Assembly: GCA_045805805.1 (NCBI GenBank)
Contig: JBJMKO010000144.1
Location: 629 to 64,628 of the forward strand
Direction: 5' to 3'
DNA from: Solirubrobacterales bacterium
GTDB lineage: Bacteria; Actinomycetota; Thermoleophilia; Solirubrobacterales; 70-9
DNA: 64,000 bases
The notes under the pieces are model-generated. The model did no database searches. It was not told where the DNA came from and was given only the letters and a program-made list of their open reading frames with translations. The position numbers and the translations under genes were made by a program. This document shows, piece after piece, positions 16,554 through 25,521 of the stretch (the first letter of the stretch is position 1; each line of letters starts with the position of its first letter).

Positions 16554-18248
16554 TTATTGCAGGGGCTCGACGGGTGAGCCCGCGGGGTCGGCACCGGCCT
16601 CGGCCAGGGCGGCGGGCCAGGCCTCGGCGGCCTGCTTGACCTGGCGCCGCGACCAGCCCAGCTCGGCGCCCATCGCCGCCGCCACCGCCCGCGCCGGGCC
16701 CGCGTCGCGCAGCTGCGGTGCGGCCAGAAGGCCGAGGCGGGTGCGACGCAGCAGCACGTCGGCGACGCTGCGCGCCTGCTCGTGGCGGGCGGCGATCACG
16801 ACCTCGGCAAGCAGGTCGGGGCGGCCGGGGACGATCGGCGCCGCCAGCTTCGGGTCCTCCCGCGCCAGAGCGAGCACGTTCCGCGCCGCGTGCCCGTAGC
16901 GGAAGGCAAGCTGGGCGATCGTTCCCTCCCCCACGCCCTCGGACGCCTTCAGGTCCTCCGGCCGCGCCTCCATCCCCAGCGGGATCTCGGCGGTGTGACA
17001 GGCGGCCTCGCGCCCCTCGCGCTCGACCAGCCGGTCGACCGTCTGCTTCGCCATCCGCCGCCAGGTGGTCAGCTTGCCGCCGGTGATCGTCAGCATCCCC
17101 GAGGAGGTCTCGTAGAGCTCGGCCTTGCGGGAGATGTCGACCGACTTCTTCGGGTCGCCGGTGGCGATCAGCGGACGCACGCCGGCGTAGGCGCCGACGA
17201 GGTCCCGCTCGCCCAGGGAGACGCCGAAGAACTCGTTGACCGCATCCAGCAGGTAGGCGATGTCCTCGTCGGCCGGGCGGGGATGGTCGACGTCGCCGTC
17301 GAAGTCGTTGTCGGTGGTGCCGATCAGGGTGCGGCCGTACCAGGGCAGGGCGAAGATCGCCCGCCCCTCGCCGGCGGGGACGATGCAGGCAGCCTCGCCG
17401 GTCGAGAGGTCGTCGCGGTCGACCAGGACGTGGGTGCCGCGGCTGGGGGAGATCCGCGGCACGTCCTCCTCCTCGACCACCTCCTCGGGGCGGATGCGGT
17501 CGGCGAAGACCCCGGTCGCGTTGACGACGTTGTCGGCTTCGACCTCGATCCGCTCGCCCGAGTCGGTCTCGACGAAGGCGACCCCGGTTGCGCGACCGTC
17601 CCCTCCCAGCGTCACCTCGGTCACCTCGGCGCCGTTCAGCATCGTCGCGCCGAAGCGCTCGGCCTCGCCGAGCACGGTGAGCACCAGGCGCACGTCGTCG
17701 GTCTGGCAGTCGTAGAAGAGGTAGGCGTTCTTCGGGTCGCGCGGCGCCAGCGCGGGCATCAGCTCGAGCACCTCGTCGCGGTCGATCGTGCGGTGGCGGT
17801 CGGGGGACCAGTAGTAGTCCTCGTCGGCCTCCTTGGAAGAGCGCATCTCGCGGCGGCCGCGGCCAACCCGCGTCGTCGCCATCACGTCGTACATGTTGAG
17901 GCCGATGCCGAGGCCGCGCTGGCGGCGCTCGTCGGGGAAGGCGGGAACCAGGAACGGCGTCGGGTAGACGAGGTGGGGCGCCAGCTGGACGAGGAGCTGT
18001 CGCTCGAGCAGCGCCTCGCGCACCAGCCCGAGGTCGAGGTTCTGCAGGTAGCGAAGGCCGCCGTGGACCATCTTCGAAGAACGGCTGGATGTGCCTTCGG
18101 CGTAGTCGCCTCGCTCCAGCAGCGCCACCGAGTAGCCGCGCGAGGCGGCGTCGAGCGCCACTCCGGCGCCGGTTATGCCCCCTCCGATGACGACGACCTC
18201 GAAATGCCCGCCGGCTATCTCCTCGATGGCAGCGGCGCGGGAGAGCAT
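16554..18248 (-). CDS. glpD: FAD-dependent glycerol-3-phosphate dehydrogenase
   Basis: Begins MLSRAAAIEEIAGGHFEVVVIGGGITGAGVALDAASRGY at ATG 18248. Has the DAO fold plus the GlpD C-terminal domain. The 759-aa ORF in the track includes out-of-frame upstream extension. Confidence 0.9.
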   Translation of the reverse strand: MLSRAAAIEEIAGGHFEVVVIGGGITGAGVALDAASRGYSVALLERGDYAEGTSSRSSKMVHGGLRYLQNLDLGLVREALLERQLLVQLAPHLVYPTPFLVPAFPDERRQRGLGIGLNMYDVMATTRVGRGRREMRSSKEADEDYYWSPDRHRTIDRDEVLELMPALAPRDPKNAYLFYDCQTDDVRLVLTVLGEAERFGATMLNGAEVTEVTLGGDGRATGVAFVETDSGERIEVEADNVVNATGVFADRIRPEEVVEEEDVPRISPSRGTHVLVDRDDLSTGEAACIVPAGEGRAIFALPWYGRTLIGTTDNDFDGDVDHPRPADEDIAYLLDAVNEFFGVSLGERDLVGAYAGVRPLIATGDPKKSVDISRKAELYETSSGMLTITGGKLTTWRRMAKQTVDRLVEREGREAACHTAEIPLGMEARPEDLKASEGVGEGTIAQLAFRYGHAARNVLALAREDPKLAAPIVPGRPDLLAEVVIAARHEQARSVADVLLRRTRLGLLAAPQLRDAGPARAVAAAMGAELGWSRRQVKQAAEAWPAALAEAGADPAGSPVEPLQ

Positions 18249-18757
18249 CAGTCGAGGAAGGCGGTCGACTGCTCGACTGGCGGGCGCTCGGGGGGCTCCT
18301 TCTCCTGGCGCGCCCGGCCCAGGTGCAGGAGGCTGACGAAGCGCTCGTCGTCGGGCAGTCCCACGGCGGTGCGGCCCCCTGTCGAGCGCAACAGGCCAGG
18401 GGTGCGCCAGTAGCCGGCCAGCCCGCGGGCGTGGGCACCGAGCAGCACGATGTAGGAGGCGACAGCGGTGGCGTACAGATCCTCCTCGTTCTGGACCGGG
18501 TCGGCACCGAGCGCGCAGGAGACGACGATCAAGGTCGGGGCGCGGTCGAGCTTCGCCGCGCCCTCCGGCCCCGCCGCCTCCTTGAGGCGCTCCAGAGTCG
18601 CCGGCCCGATGACACGGAAGCGCCACGGCGCGGTCAGGTGGTGGTTCGGGGCCCAGCGAGCAAGCTCGAGCAGCTCGAGGATCTCCTCGCGCCCGAGCGC
18701 CTCGGGGCCGAAGGCCTTGTGCGTGCGGCGCGTCCTGATCGCGGTCTCGACGTCCAC
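18248..18757 (-). CDS. nitroreductase-family protein
   Basis: From GTG 18757: VDVETAIRTRRTHKAFGPE...LELARWAPNHHLTAPWRF, a typical nitroreductase N-terminus. The start codon choice is tentative. Confidence 0.7.
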   Translation of the reverse strand: MDVETAIRTRRTHKAFGPEALGREEILELLELARWAPNHHLTAPWRFRVIGPATLERLKEAAGPEGAAKLDRAPTLIVVSCALGADPVQNEEDLYATAVASYIVLLGAHARGLAGYWRTPGLLRSTGGRTAVGLPDDERFVSLLHLGRARQEKEPPERPPVEQSTAFLD

Positions 18758-18852
18758 GAGTGGAACATAGCCGCCACCGGCCGGCCGCCTCGGCCGGCGG
18801 GCCAAGCGCGGAGCCCGGTGGCGCTCGTCGCATCGGCGATCGGGGGATGGGA

Positions 18853-20709
18853 CTACCAGCCGTTGCGGCGACCGAGCCACCACGGCGCGGCTATCGCGAG
18901 GGCGGTCGCGGCGAGGCCGATGCCTATGGGAATCCAGGGCGACGGGGCCGTGCCGGTCTCGGAGACCGGTTCCGACGCAAGGACGCCCGGCCGCGACCCG
19001 GCCGTCCCGGACCCGCCTTCGGGGGACTCGCCGCCGCCTTTTGCACCGGGCAGGGGGATCGTGCCCGTTCCGGGCGGCAGGGCCGCACCCGGTGGGCTTT
19101 CGGTCCCACCGTTGGCTTCCGGCAACAGTTCGGACGGCGCCGGAGAGCCCGATCCCACCCCCGCCGCAGTGCTGCCGCCCGTTGACGACGATCCCGTCGG
19201 CTTCTTCTCGCGTGGCGGTGGCGAGATCGGCAGCGCGTCGCCGGCGGCGGCTACCAACGCCTCGGCGGTCACCCAAACCGGGGTCTGGTCGCTGGAAGCC
19301 GAGTAGCGGAAGTGGCCGTTGCCTGCCTGCTGGGTGGTCAGGTAGTCGAGCGGGCTGTTGCCGCCCGACGCGATCTCGGAGGGATCGGCCCCTACAGCGA
19401 TCATCCCCTGGACGGCCCAGCCGGTCGATTGCGAGTTGACTCCACCCGAGCCACCCAGGGCGAAGCCGCCATTGGAGTGCTGGTGCTTGCGCAGGTAAGA
19501 GAGGCCGCGTTCGGCTGCCTTCGTGTCGGGCATCGCCTGCATCGCGGTGGCGGTGACGTCGGCGTTGCTTGGCTGCCCCGGCTCGTCGCCCCAGCCACCG
19601 TCGTCGTTCTGGACGTTGCCCAGCCAGGACAGCGTCTTTTCCAGCCCGCCGGTGGCGCCGGCGGTTCGGAGGGCGATCACGCTGTAGGAGGTCGTCCCGG
19701 GCCAGCCCTCGAAGGAGCCGTTCTTGGCACGACGCCCCTGCAGCTCGTCGACCAGGTCGCGGCCGGCGAACGAGCGCGGGTCTATGCCTGCCCCCTCGAG
19801 AGCGACGATCGTGCGGGCCAGGTCGCCGCTGCTGCTCATTTCGTCGATGTGCGAGCGCAGGAAGTCGATCGGCGTGGTGCCACCGCGGGAGACGTCGAGC
19901 GGGTTGCGACCCGCCGCCTCAAACCCCAACATCGCCCAGCCGGTGATCGCGGCGCCCGAGGGGTCGCCGGGAGAGGAGCCGAAGCCGCCGTCGGAGTTCT
20001 GCATCGATTCGAGCCAGTCGGCGGCGAGGCTGGGGCTGGCGGCACTGGCCGAGCCGGGGACGATCGCCGGCAGCAGCAGGGCCACGAGCACCGCTGTCGC
20101 CACTGCCGGGGTGCGCCACTCAAACCGCTCGCGGAAGCGGACCAGCATCCGCACCATCGCCGGCCCGGCCAGCAGGGCGAAGACGACGTTGCCGATCGCG
20201 TGGGCGAGGTTGAACGAAATCGCGCGGGCTTCCAGCGCGAGGAAGTGCTGGATCGAGAGGTCTCCACCGTAGGTAGCCATCAGCGAGAAGTTCAGCAGCA
20301 AACCGTAGGGGATAGCGGCGAATCCGCAAACCGCGGCGAGGGTGAGGCGGCTCGCGTTGCGGGCGCCGAGCGCCAGCGCCGCCCCCATCAAGCCACAGAG
20401 GCCCCATCCCGCCATCTGCCACGGCGTCCAGGGCCCCTGGCCGAACCAGAAGTTGGAGACGAGGCCCGCCAGCGCTCCTACCGCGAAGCCCGGCGCCGGC
20501 CCAAGCGCGTAGCCGGCGAAGACGACGATGTCGGTCGTCGGCTTGACGTTGGGAAAAGCAGCGAAGGCGATACGACCGGCGATCGCCAGGGCCGCGAGCG
20601 CCGCAACCAGCGCCACCACCTGCGACGGCGGCCGGGAGCGCTCGTACCAGGCGAAGCCACCGATAAGAACCGCGCCGAGGATCAGAAAGCTGGTCAGCTG
20701 CCAGGACAT
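18853..20709 (-). CDS. fusion protein: ECF-transporter S-component-like membrane domain + prenyltransferase/terpene-cyclase-like repeat domain + C-terminal TM anchor
   Basis: The N-terminal ~200 aa have about 6 TM helices. The middle carries five QW-like repeats (QNSDGGFG, AKNGSFEG, QNDDGGWG, QHSNGGFA, QAGNGHFR). A Gly/Pro/Ser-rich tail ends in a TM helix. The start overlaps the ecfA stop. Confidence 0.75.
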   Translation of the reverse strand: MSWQLTSFLILGAVLIGGFAWYERSRPPSQVVALVAALAALAIAGRIAFAAFPNVKPTTDIVVFAGYALGPAPGFAVGALAGLVSNFWFGQGPWTPWQMAGWGLCGLMGAALALGARNASRLTLAAVCGFAAIPYGLLLNFSLMATYGGDLSIQHFLALEARAISFNLAHAIGNVVFALLAGPAMVRMLVRFRERFEWRTPAVATAVLVALLLPAIVPGSASAASPSLAADWLESMQNSDGGFGSSPGDPSGAAITGWAMLGFEAAGRNPLDVSRGGTTPIDFLRSHIDEMSSSGDLARTIVALEGAGIDPRSFAGRDLVDELQGRRAKNGSFEGWPGTTSYSVIALRTAGATGGLEKTLSWLGNVQNDDGGWGDEPGQPSNADVTATAMQAMPDTKAAERGLSYLRKHQHSNGGFALGGSGGVNSQSTGWAVQGMIAVGADPSEIASGGNSPLDYLTTQQAGNGHFRYSASSDQTPVWVTAEALVAAAGDALPISPPPREKKPTGSSSTGGSTAAGVGSGSPAPSELLPEANGGTESPPGAALPPGTGTIPLPGAKGGGESPEGGSGTAGSRPGVLASEPVSETGTAPSPWIPIGIGLAATALAIAAPWWLGRRNGW

Positions 20710-22466
20710 CAGCCGTCCTCCGAGCGGTGAGTTCGTGTTTTTGCGTCCATATGGGCCCCAAAAGACGAACTCACCCGGGCTTGAAGAGCGGTGGCACCCT
20801 GCTCGGGGGTGATGACCCCCGGCAGGTCGAGGACGCGGGCCACCTCGGTGGCGAAGTACCAGCCGCCGGAGAGGATCTCGGTCGCCGGGCCGTCGGCGAT
20901 GACTACGCCGTCTCCGAGCAGGACGACGCGCTCGGCAAAGGTGGCGGCGAACTCGACGTCGTGGGTGGCGACGAGGAGACCGGCGCCGCGATCGGCGAGG
21001 TCGCCGATCAGCTCGACGAGGTCAGCCTTGCGGGCGCGGTCCATGCCGCGGGTCGGCTCATCGAGGGCGACGACTCCAGGGAGGCCTCCGCCGTCCATTC
21101 GCCCTGCCAGGGTTATCGTCAGCGCCAGCCGCTGCCGCTCACCTCCCGAGAGGTCACGCGGATCGGCGTCGATCGCGTGCTCCAAACCGACAAGCCGCAA
21201 GGCCGCAAGGCCGGCATCACTAGGAAGTTCGTCCCCGACGCGCTCCCGCACCAGGTAGTCGCTGGGGTTCTGTGTCAGCAGCGCGACACCAGCCGGCCCC
21301 TCGGCCTTGCCTCGGACTGGATCGATCAGTCCCGCAACGGTCTTCAAGAGTGTGCTCTTGCCTGCACCGTTGCGCCCCATGAGCGCAACCCGTTCACCCC
21401 GATGCACTTCCAGATCGATGCCCTTCAGGACATCGCGGTGCGCATCGCCCGAAGTGAGCTCGACCCAGAGGTCGGTTGACGTGAGGGTGGGATTTGAGGG
21501 GAGGCGGACCCCCTCCTCTCTCAACTTTTTCGGTGGGGCGGTGGTCTGTTTTCCTGGGCGGGTTGACGAAAAAGTACAAGCCGTTCGGAGGGGGTCCGCC
21601 TCCCCTCTATCGGCAGGCTCCGTTGACGTGAGAGTCCGGCGCGCGTCGCGGACCCCGACGGGCAGGGGTTCGATGCCGGCGAGAGAGAAGAGGCGCGCGG
21701 CGGGGGTCTCCAAAGCTTGGTCGGCCTCCTGCGCCCAGGTGAGGAAATCGCGGGGTCGGCCGTCGAAGGCGATCGAGCCGGAGTCCATCGCGATGACACG
21801 GTCGGCTGCGGCCAGGCAGCGCTCCAGTCGGTGCTCGGCCAACAGGATCGTTACCCCCCACTCCTCGTTTAGGCGGCGGAGGAGCCAGATCAGCTCGTCT
21901 CCCGCTACTGGGTCCAGCTGGGAGGTGGGCTCGTCGAGGAGGACCAGCTTCGGGCGGGTTACCAGGGCTGCGGCCAGGGCTACACGTTGGAGCTCCCCAC
22001 CCGAAAGGGTGTCCACGGCTCGGTTGAGCAGGTGGGGAATCGCCAGGGCGAGAGCCACCTCCTCCACCGCTCTCGCACGGGAGCTTGGTGAGTCTTCTCT
22101 CATCTCCAGGGGGAGCTCTATCTCGGCCGCGACCGTGGTCGAGACGACCTGGGTCTCCGGGTCTTGCGCCACGTAGCCGACTGCGGTGGCAAGCTCGCCC
22201 GGGCCGTTGGCTATCGCGTCGATGCCCGTCACCTCTACACGACCCTCGATCTCGCCGCCGTGGAAATGCGGGACGAGGCCGCAGGCGGCGCGGAGGAGAG
22301 TCGACTTGCCGCAGGCGGAGCGGCCGGCGAGGAGGACGAGCTCGCCCGGATCCAGGCGAAGTGAGACATCGCGGAGGGCCGGCTCGGAGGCGTTGGGATA
22401 GGCGTAGGTGAGGCCATCGACCGCCATGGCCGGGACGGCGCGCGTGGAGGTGGCGAGGTCAGGCAC
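20709..22466 (-). CDS. fused ECF transporter ATPase (EcfA-EcfA')
   Basis: Two ABC cassettes: Walker A GRSACGKST and GRNGAGKST, signatures LSGGELQR and LSGGERQR, Walker B LVLLDEPT and VVALDEPT. The GTG start at 22466 is preceded by GGGAGGAG. ATG 22427 is an alternative. Confidence 0.88.
   Translation of the reverse strand: MPDLATSTRAVPAMAVDGLTYAYPNASEPALRDVSLRLDPGELVLLAGRSACGKSTLLRAACGLVPHFHGGEIEGRVEVTGIDAIANGPGELATAVGYVAQDPETQVVSTTVAAEIELPLEMREDSPSSRARAVEEVALALAIPHLLNRAVDTLSGGELQRVALAAALVTRPKLVLLDEPTSQLDPVAGDELIWLLRRLNEEWGVTILLAEHRLERCLAAADRVIAMDSGSIAFDGRPRDFLTWAQEADQALETPAARLFSLAGIEPLPVGVRDARRTLTSTEPADRGEADPLRTACTFSSTRPGKQTTAPPKKLREEGVRLPSNPTLTSTDLWVELTSGDAHRDVLKGIDLEVHRGERVALMGRNGAGKSTLLKTVAGLIDPVRGKAEGPAGVALLTQNPSDYLVRERVGDELPSDAGLAALRLVGLEHAIDADPRDLSGGERQRLALTITLAGRMDGGGLPGVVALDEPTRGMDRARKADLVELIGDLADRGAGLLVATHDVEFAATFAERVVLLGDGVVIADGPATEILSGGWYFATEVARVLDLPGVITPEQGATALQARVSSSFGAHMDAKTRTHRSEDG
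20726..20775. repeat. family-2 palindromic repeat, copy B (inside the 3' end of the ATPase gene)
   Basis: GGTGAGTTCGT (20726-20736) and ACGAACTCACC (20765-20775) are perfectly complementary. The reverse complement matches copies A and C at both termini (TTCGTCTTTTGG...AAACACGAACTCA). Confidence 0.7.
21496..21607. repeat. family-1 nested-hairpin repeat, copy 3, in frame inside the ATPase gene linker
   Basis: Perfect 21-bp arms GAGGGGAGGCGGACCCCCTCC (21496-21516) and GGAGGGGGTCCGCCTCCCCTC (21587-21607). The core keeps AACTTTTTCGGTGGGGCGG...GACGAAAAAGTACAAG. It is flanked by GTTGACGTGAG at 21475-21485 and 21622-21632. Confidence 0.85.
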
Positions 22467-23445
22467 GGGAGGCTCCTCCCGCCTGCACCGTTTGGGCTCC
22501 CTGGGCGCCCGAACGGAGCACGCTTCGGGAGCGACGCCGGTTTCGGCGCAGCGGGGCAAGCCCGCTGAGGACGATTGCGGCCGAGACGGCGAGGACCGGC
22601 GGGCCGGTGCCGACCTCGACCGCCGGATATTCGGCGAACGCGTCGGCACCGAGGAGCTTGCCGGCAATCGCGATGGCGAGGACCGCGGAACCCGTCGCGT
22701 AGAGGCGGCGGTCGTAGCGAGAGCGCCGCGCGAAGGATTTTCGGCCCCGTAGGCCCGAAAGACCTTGCCGGGGCCGCCCCGGGGATCGCGGAGCCTCCAG
22801 GGCGTAACCGCGGAGCTCGAGCGTCGCGGCGACGTCGACCGCGCGGTCCAGCGAGCCGGCGAGAAGCCGCCGGGCCAGGGGGGCGCGTCCGACCGGGGCC
22901 GCGCCCGGGCCGCGCAGGCGGGCGGCGTCGCGCAAGCGGGCAGCGTCCGCCGCGGCCACCGGCACCAGCCGCGAGACCAGCGACGCCGTCAGGGCCGAAC
23001 GCCTGGCCAGCGGCCGCAGGGCGCGCAGGACGCGATCGGGGTCAACACAGGCCGAGTAGACGGCGAAGGCGACCATTACGACCGCGGCGCGCAGTCCGAG
23101 TACCGCGCCGGCGCCGATCGCCTCGGCCGTGACGTCGACCTGACCCAGCAGGGGCCACTTGCCGAGGCGGGCGAGCACCGTCTCCCCCCGGCTCACCACC
23201 AGGGCGTTGACGGCGACGATCAGCATGGCCAGCGTCAGCCCCATCCAGAGGGCGGCGCGGACCGCCGCGCGCGCGCCGGCGAGGCGGCCGGCCAAAACCA
23301 GGGCGCCGCCGGTCGAGGCCAGCACGATCGGGTTCGAGTAGAGAAAGGCGCAGGCGGTCAGAGCGCCCAGGTAGACGACCGCGGCGGCCGGCGAGGCCGC
23401 CTGCAGCGGACCCGACCTCGGGATGTAGGCGAACGGCGATCTCAT
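22459..23445 (-). CDS. ecfT: ECF transporter transmembrane component EcfT (CbiQ family)
   Basis: Begins MRSPFAYIPRSGPLQAASP at ATG 23445 (ATGA overlap with the upstream gene). Multi-TM CbiQ-like layout, positioned directly before the ATPase gene. Confidence 0.85.
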   Translation of the reverse strand: MRSPFAYIPRSGPLQAASPAAAVVYLGALTACAFLYSNPIVLASTGGALVLAGRLAGARAAVRAALWMGLTLAMLIVAVNALVVSRGETVLARLGKWPLLGQVDVTAEAIGAGAVLGLRAAVVMVAFAVYSACVDPDRVLRALRPLARRSALTASLVSRLVPVAAADAARLRDAARLRGPGAAPVGRAPLARRLLAGSLDRAVDVAATLELRGYALEAPRSPGRPRQGLSGLRGRKSFARRSRYDRRLYATGSAVLAIAIAGKLLGADAFAEYPAVEVGTGPPVLAVSAAIVLSGLAPLRRNRRRSRSVLRSGAQGAQTVQAGGASRA

Positions 23446-24356
23446 CGAACCGGAAGCGGCGTCTCCTCCCCCCCTTCGACCGCGACCGCGTAATGGTCGC
23501 GCAGGTCGGCCGCGTCGAGCAAACGGGCGGCGGCCCCCACCCCGTCCAAGCTCGGCCCTGTCACCACCCATACCGGCGGCCCTTCATAGCGGCGGGTGGC
23601 GGCGACCAGGCCCGCGCCGGCACCGAACTTCCGGGCCGACTTGCCGTCTTCCCCGAGGCCTTCCAGGGCGTAGCCGCCCAGCGTGGGCCGAAAGCCCGCA
23701 AAAACGCCGCTCGCCTGCGGCCCGTTCTCGATCTGAGCCGCCGCGGGATCCTGCCGCACCCGCGTCCAGCGGCCGACCAGCACCCGGATCGCCCCGTCGG
23801 CAGATCCGGAGACCCTCGCTCCGGCGCGCTCCAACCGCCTGCGCACCGTCGCGCAGGCCGCGCCGGCGCCGAGGCACTCGACCGCAACCGGACGCCGCCG
23901 CCCGTCGTAGCCGTCGAGGAAGGGCTGCGGCCAGGAGCCGACCACGGCCGGCACGCGCATCGCCGCGCTCCAGTCGCGGTAGTCCCACCAGACCGACTCC
24001 CCCCCGCGCAGGGGATAGTCGGCCGCGCCGACGGCCGACTCGACCCCGTCGACGTAGAAGAACCAGTCAAGCGAGCGGTCGACGCTCTCCTGCGCTTCGA
24101 GCCCGTCGATCGACTGCACGAAGCCGCCGCCGTAGCGGGTCGCGATGTCGGCACTGCGTTCGAGCGCCCGCATCACTGTGTCGGATTCGGTCACGTCGCC
24201 GAGCTCACGGCGAAGCATCGGCACGGTCCCGTAGTCCCGCGTCACCGTGAGCTCGACGTCGCCGACCCCGTTGCCGGGGCCGAGGCCGCAGCCGGCGGCC
24301 GCGATCACCGCGAGAAGCAGTGAGATCGCGACCGCCGTGCTGCGGCTCGAGGTCAT
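23442..24356 (-). CDS. DUF4430-domain lipoprotein
   Basis: Lipobox LLAVIAAAGCG. The DUF4430-like core is GGFVQSIDGLEA...DWFFYVDGVESAVGAADYPLRGGESVWWDY. Confidence 0.75.
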   Translation of the reverse strand: MTSSRSTAVAISLLLAVIAAAGCGLGPGNGVGDVELTVTRDYGTVPMLRRELGDVTESDTVMRALERSADIATRYGGGFVQSIDGLEAQESVDRSLDWFFYVDGVESAVGAADYPLRGGESVWWDYRDWSAAMRVPAVVGSWPQPFLDGYDGRRRPVAVECLGAGAACATVRRRLERAGARVSGSADGAIRVLVGRWTRVRQDPAAAQIENGPQASGVFAGFRPTLGGYALEGLGEDGKSARKFGAGAGLVAATRRYEGPPVWVVTGPSLDGVGAAARLLDAADLRDHYAVAVEGGEETPLPVR

Positions 24357-25111
24357 CTACCCGAGCTGCCGGGGCACTTCCCGCCCACGCAGACGGCCTC
24401 GCGCCCGGACGGGATCTCGCCCGCTCCGCGGGCGATCAGCTTCGCCGGCGCCGCAAGGGTCACCATCGCCTTGCCGGCGGCATCGGTCGGCCCCGAAGCG
24501 CCGTTCACCGTCACGCCCGAGGCGGGGGTCTTCTTGCCTTTTTCGTCATAGGAGAAGACGCGCACCTGGAACGGCTTGCCCACCGCGACTTTGTCCGGCG
24601 CGACCAGGGAGAGCTCGCCGGGATACGGGTAGGACGGCGCCAGGTCCCAGAGCACTTCGTCGCCGGCGTGCAGCTTGACCGCTTCGCCGCCTACCGAGGG
24701 GCTCTTGTGGTTCACCTTCAGGTACCAGGATGCTTCGCCCTTGGCCACCGAACCCCCGACACCGCAGAGCGCCAGGCCGAAGTCGAAGTGGTCGGAGACC
24801 AGCAGCGGCTTCAGCGAGGTGGTGAATTCCGCCGCCCGCATCAGCATGCCGAGGGCGGTCGCGGTCTTGATCGTCACCTTCTTGCCGCTGCCGCCGGTGC
24901 CGGCACCGAAGCAGGTCGCCTTCGGAGAGGTCGCCACCGATGCTTCGCCGGCGACCCCAAAGGAGTCTTCGGCGAGGATCTTGCCGCCCTTGCCGACCAC
25001 GCGCAGATCCGCGACCGGCCCCTTGGCCGCCGCCGTGGCGACAAGCGAGAGTGTGAACATGAGAGCCAGCGCGCACGCGGCGGCCAGCCGGAATGGAACG
25101 AGTCTTGGCAT
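24353..25111 (-). CDS. secreted DUF4430-domain protein
   Basis: Signal peptide MPRLVPFRLAAACALALMFTLSLVATAAA. The DUF4430-like core is SWYLKVNHKSPSVGGEAVKLHAGDEVLWDL. It is the first gene after the riboswitch. Confidence 0.7.
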   Translation of the reverse strand: MPRLVPFRLAAACALALMFTLSLVATAAAKGPVADLRVVGKGGKILAEDSFGVAGEASVATSPKATCFGAGTGGSGKKVTIKTATALGMLMRAAEFTTSLKPLLVSDHFDFGLALCGVGGSVAKGEASWYLKVNHKSPSVGGEAVKLHAGDEVLWDLAPSYPYPGELSLVAPDKVAVGKPFQVRVFSYDEKGKKTPASGVTVNGASGPTDAAGKAMVTLAAPAKLIARGAGEIPSGREAVCVGGKCPGSSGR

Positions 25112-25139
25112 TTAAGCCACCCTTTCCTCGAGGGTTGTC

Positions 25140-25312
25140 ATGGCTGGCCGGGGACAGGTCTCCTGGCTCCCGGGGTTTGTCGGCCGCACCTTCCCGGGGA
25201 ATCGGTGTCCTCCCCAGTGGCCGGCGCCATAGCGCCTGCGGCTTCCTTGACCCGGTCACAGTGGCGGGACCGCGCCGGCTTCTCACCGGACTTCCCTTGA
25301 CCACCGACCGTA
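25140..25312 (-). promoter_or_regulatory. cobalamin (B12) riboswitch
   Basis: The reverse strand reads GGTCGGTGGTCAAGGGAAGTCCGGTGAGAAGCCGGCGCGGTCCCGCCACTGTGACC...GGCCACTGGGGAGG...CCCCGGGAAGGTGCGG...GAGCCAGGAGACCTGTCCCCGGCC. The conserved GGGAA/GGTG/CCCGCCACTG elements and the B12 box (AGCCAGGAGACCTG) are all present. It lies 30-200 nt upstream of the 25111 start. Confidence 0.85.
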
Positions 25313-25521
25313 TTTACGCGGGCGAGTCTATCCCGCTCCGGCGCCCCCGTGCGTCCGGCCCCCGAGACTCCCCAGCCAAGCTATCGGTCGGCGGGAATCG
25401 GGGGGCCAGGATGGCCGCCCGGATTCGGCCGACCGCTGAACGTTCGTCCAGCATTCTTTGCCTCCCCCCGGGCCGGGTCTAGGCTCGCCGCGGCAAGCCG
25501 GTCCTAGCAGAGGGGGAGAAG

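Noticed and set aside
16255-18507. 750-aa - strand ORF (and similar 16782-18413 + ORF) over the glpD region
   Set aside because: This is an out-of-frame or antisense overlap with the FAD-dependent GlpD frame. The sequence is dominated by Arg/Gly/Pro runs with no domain resemblance.
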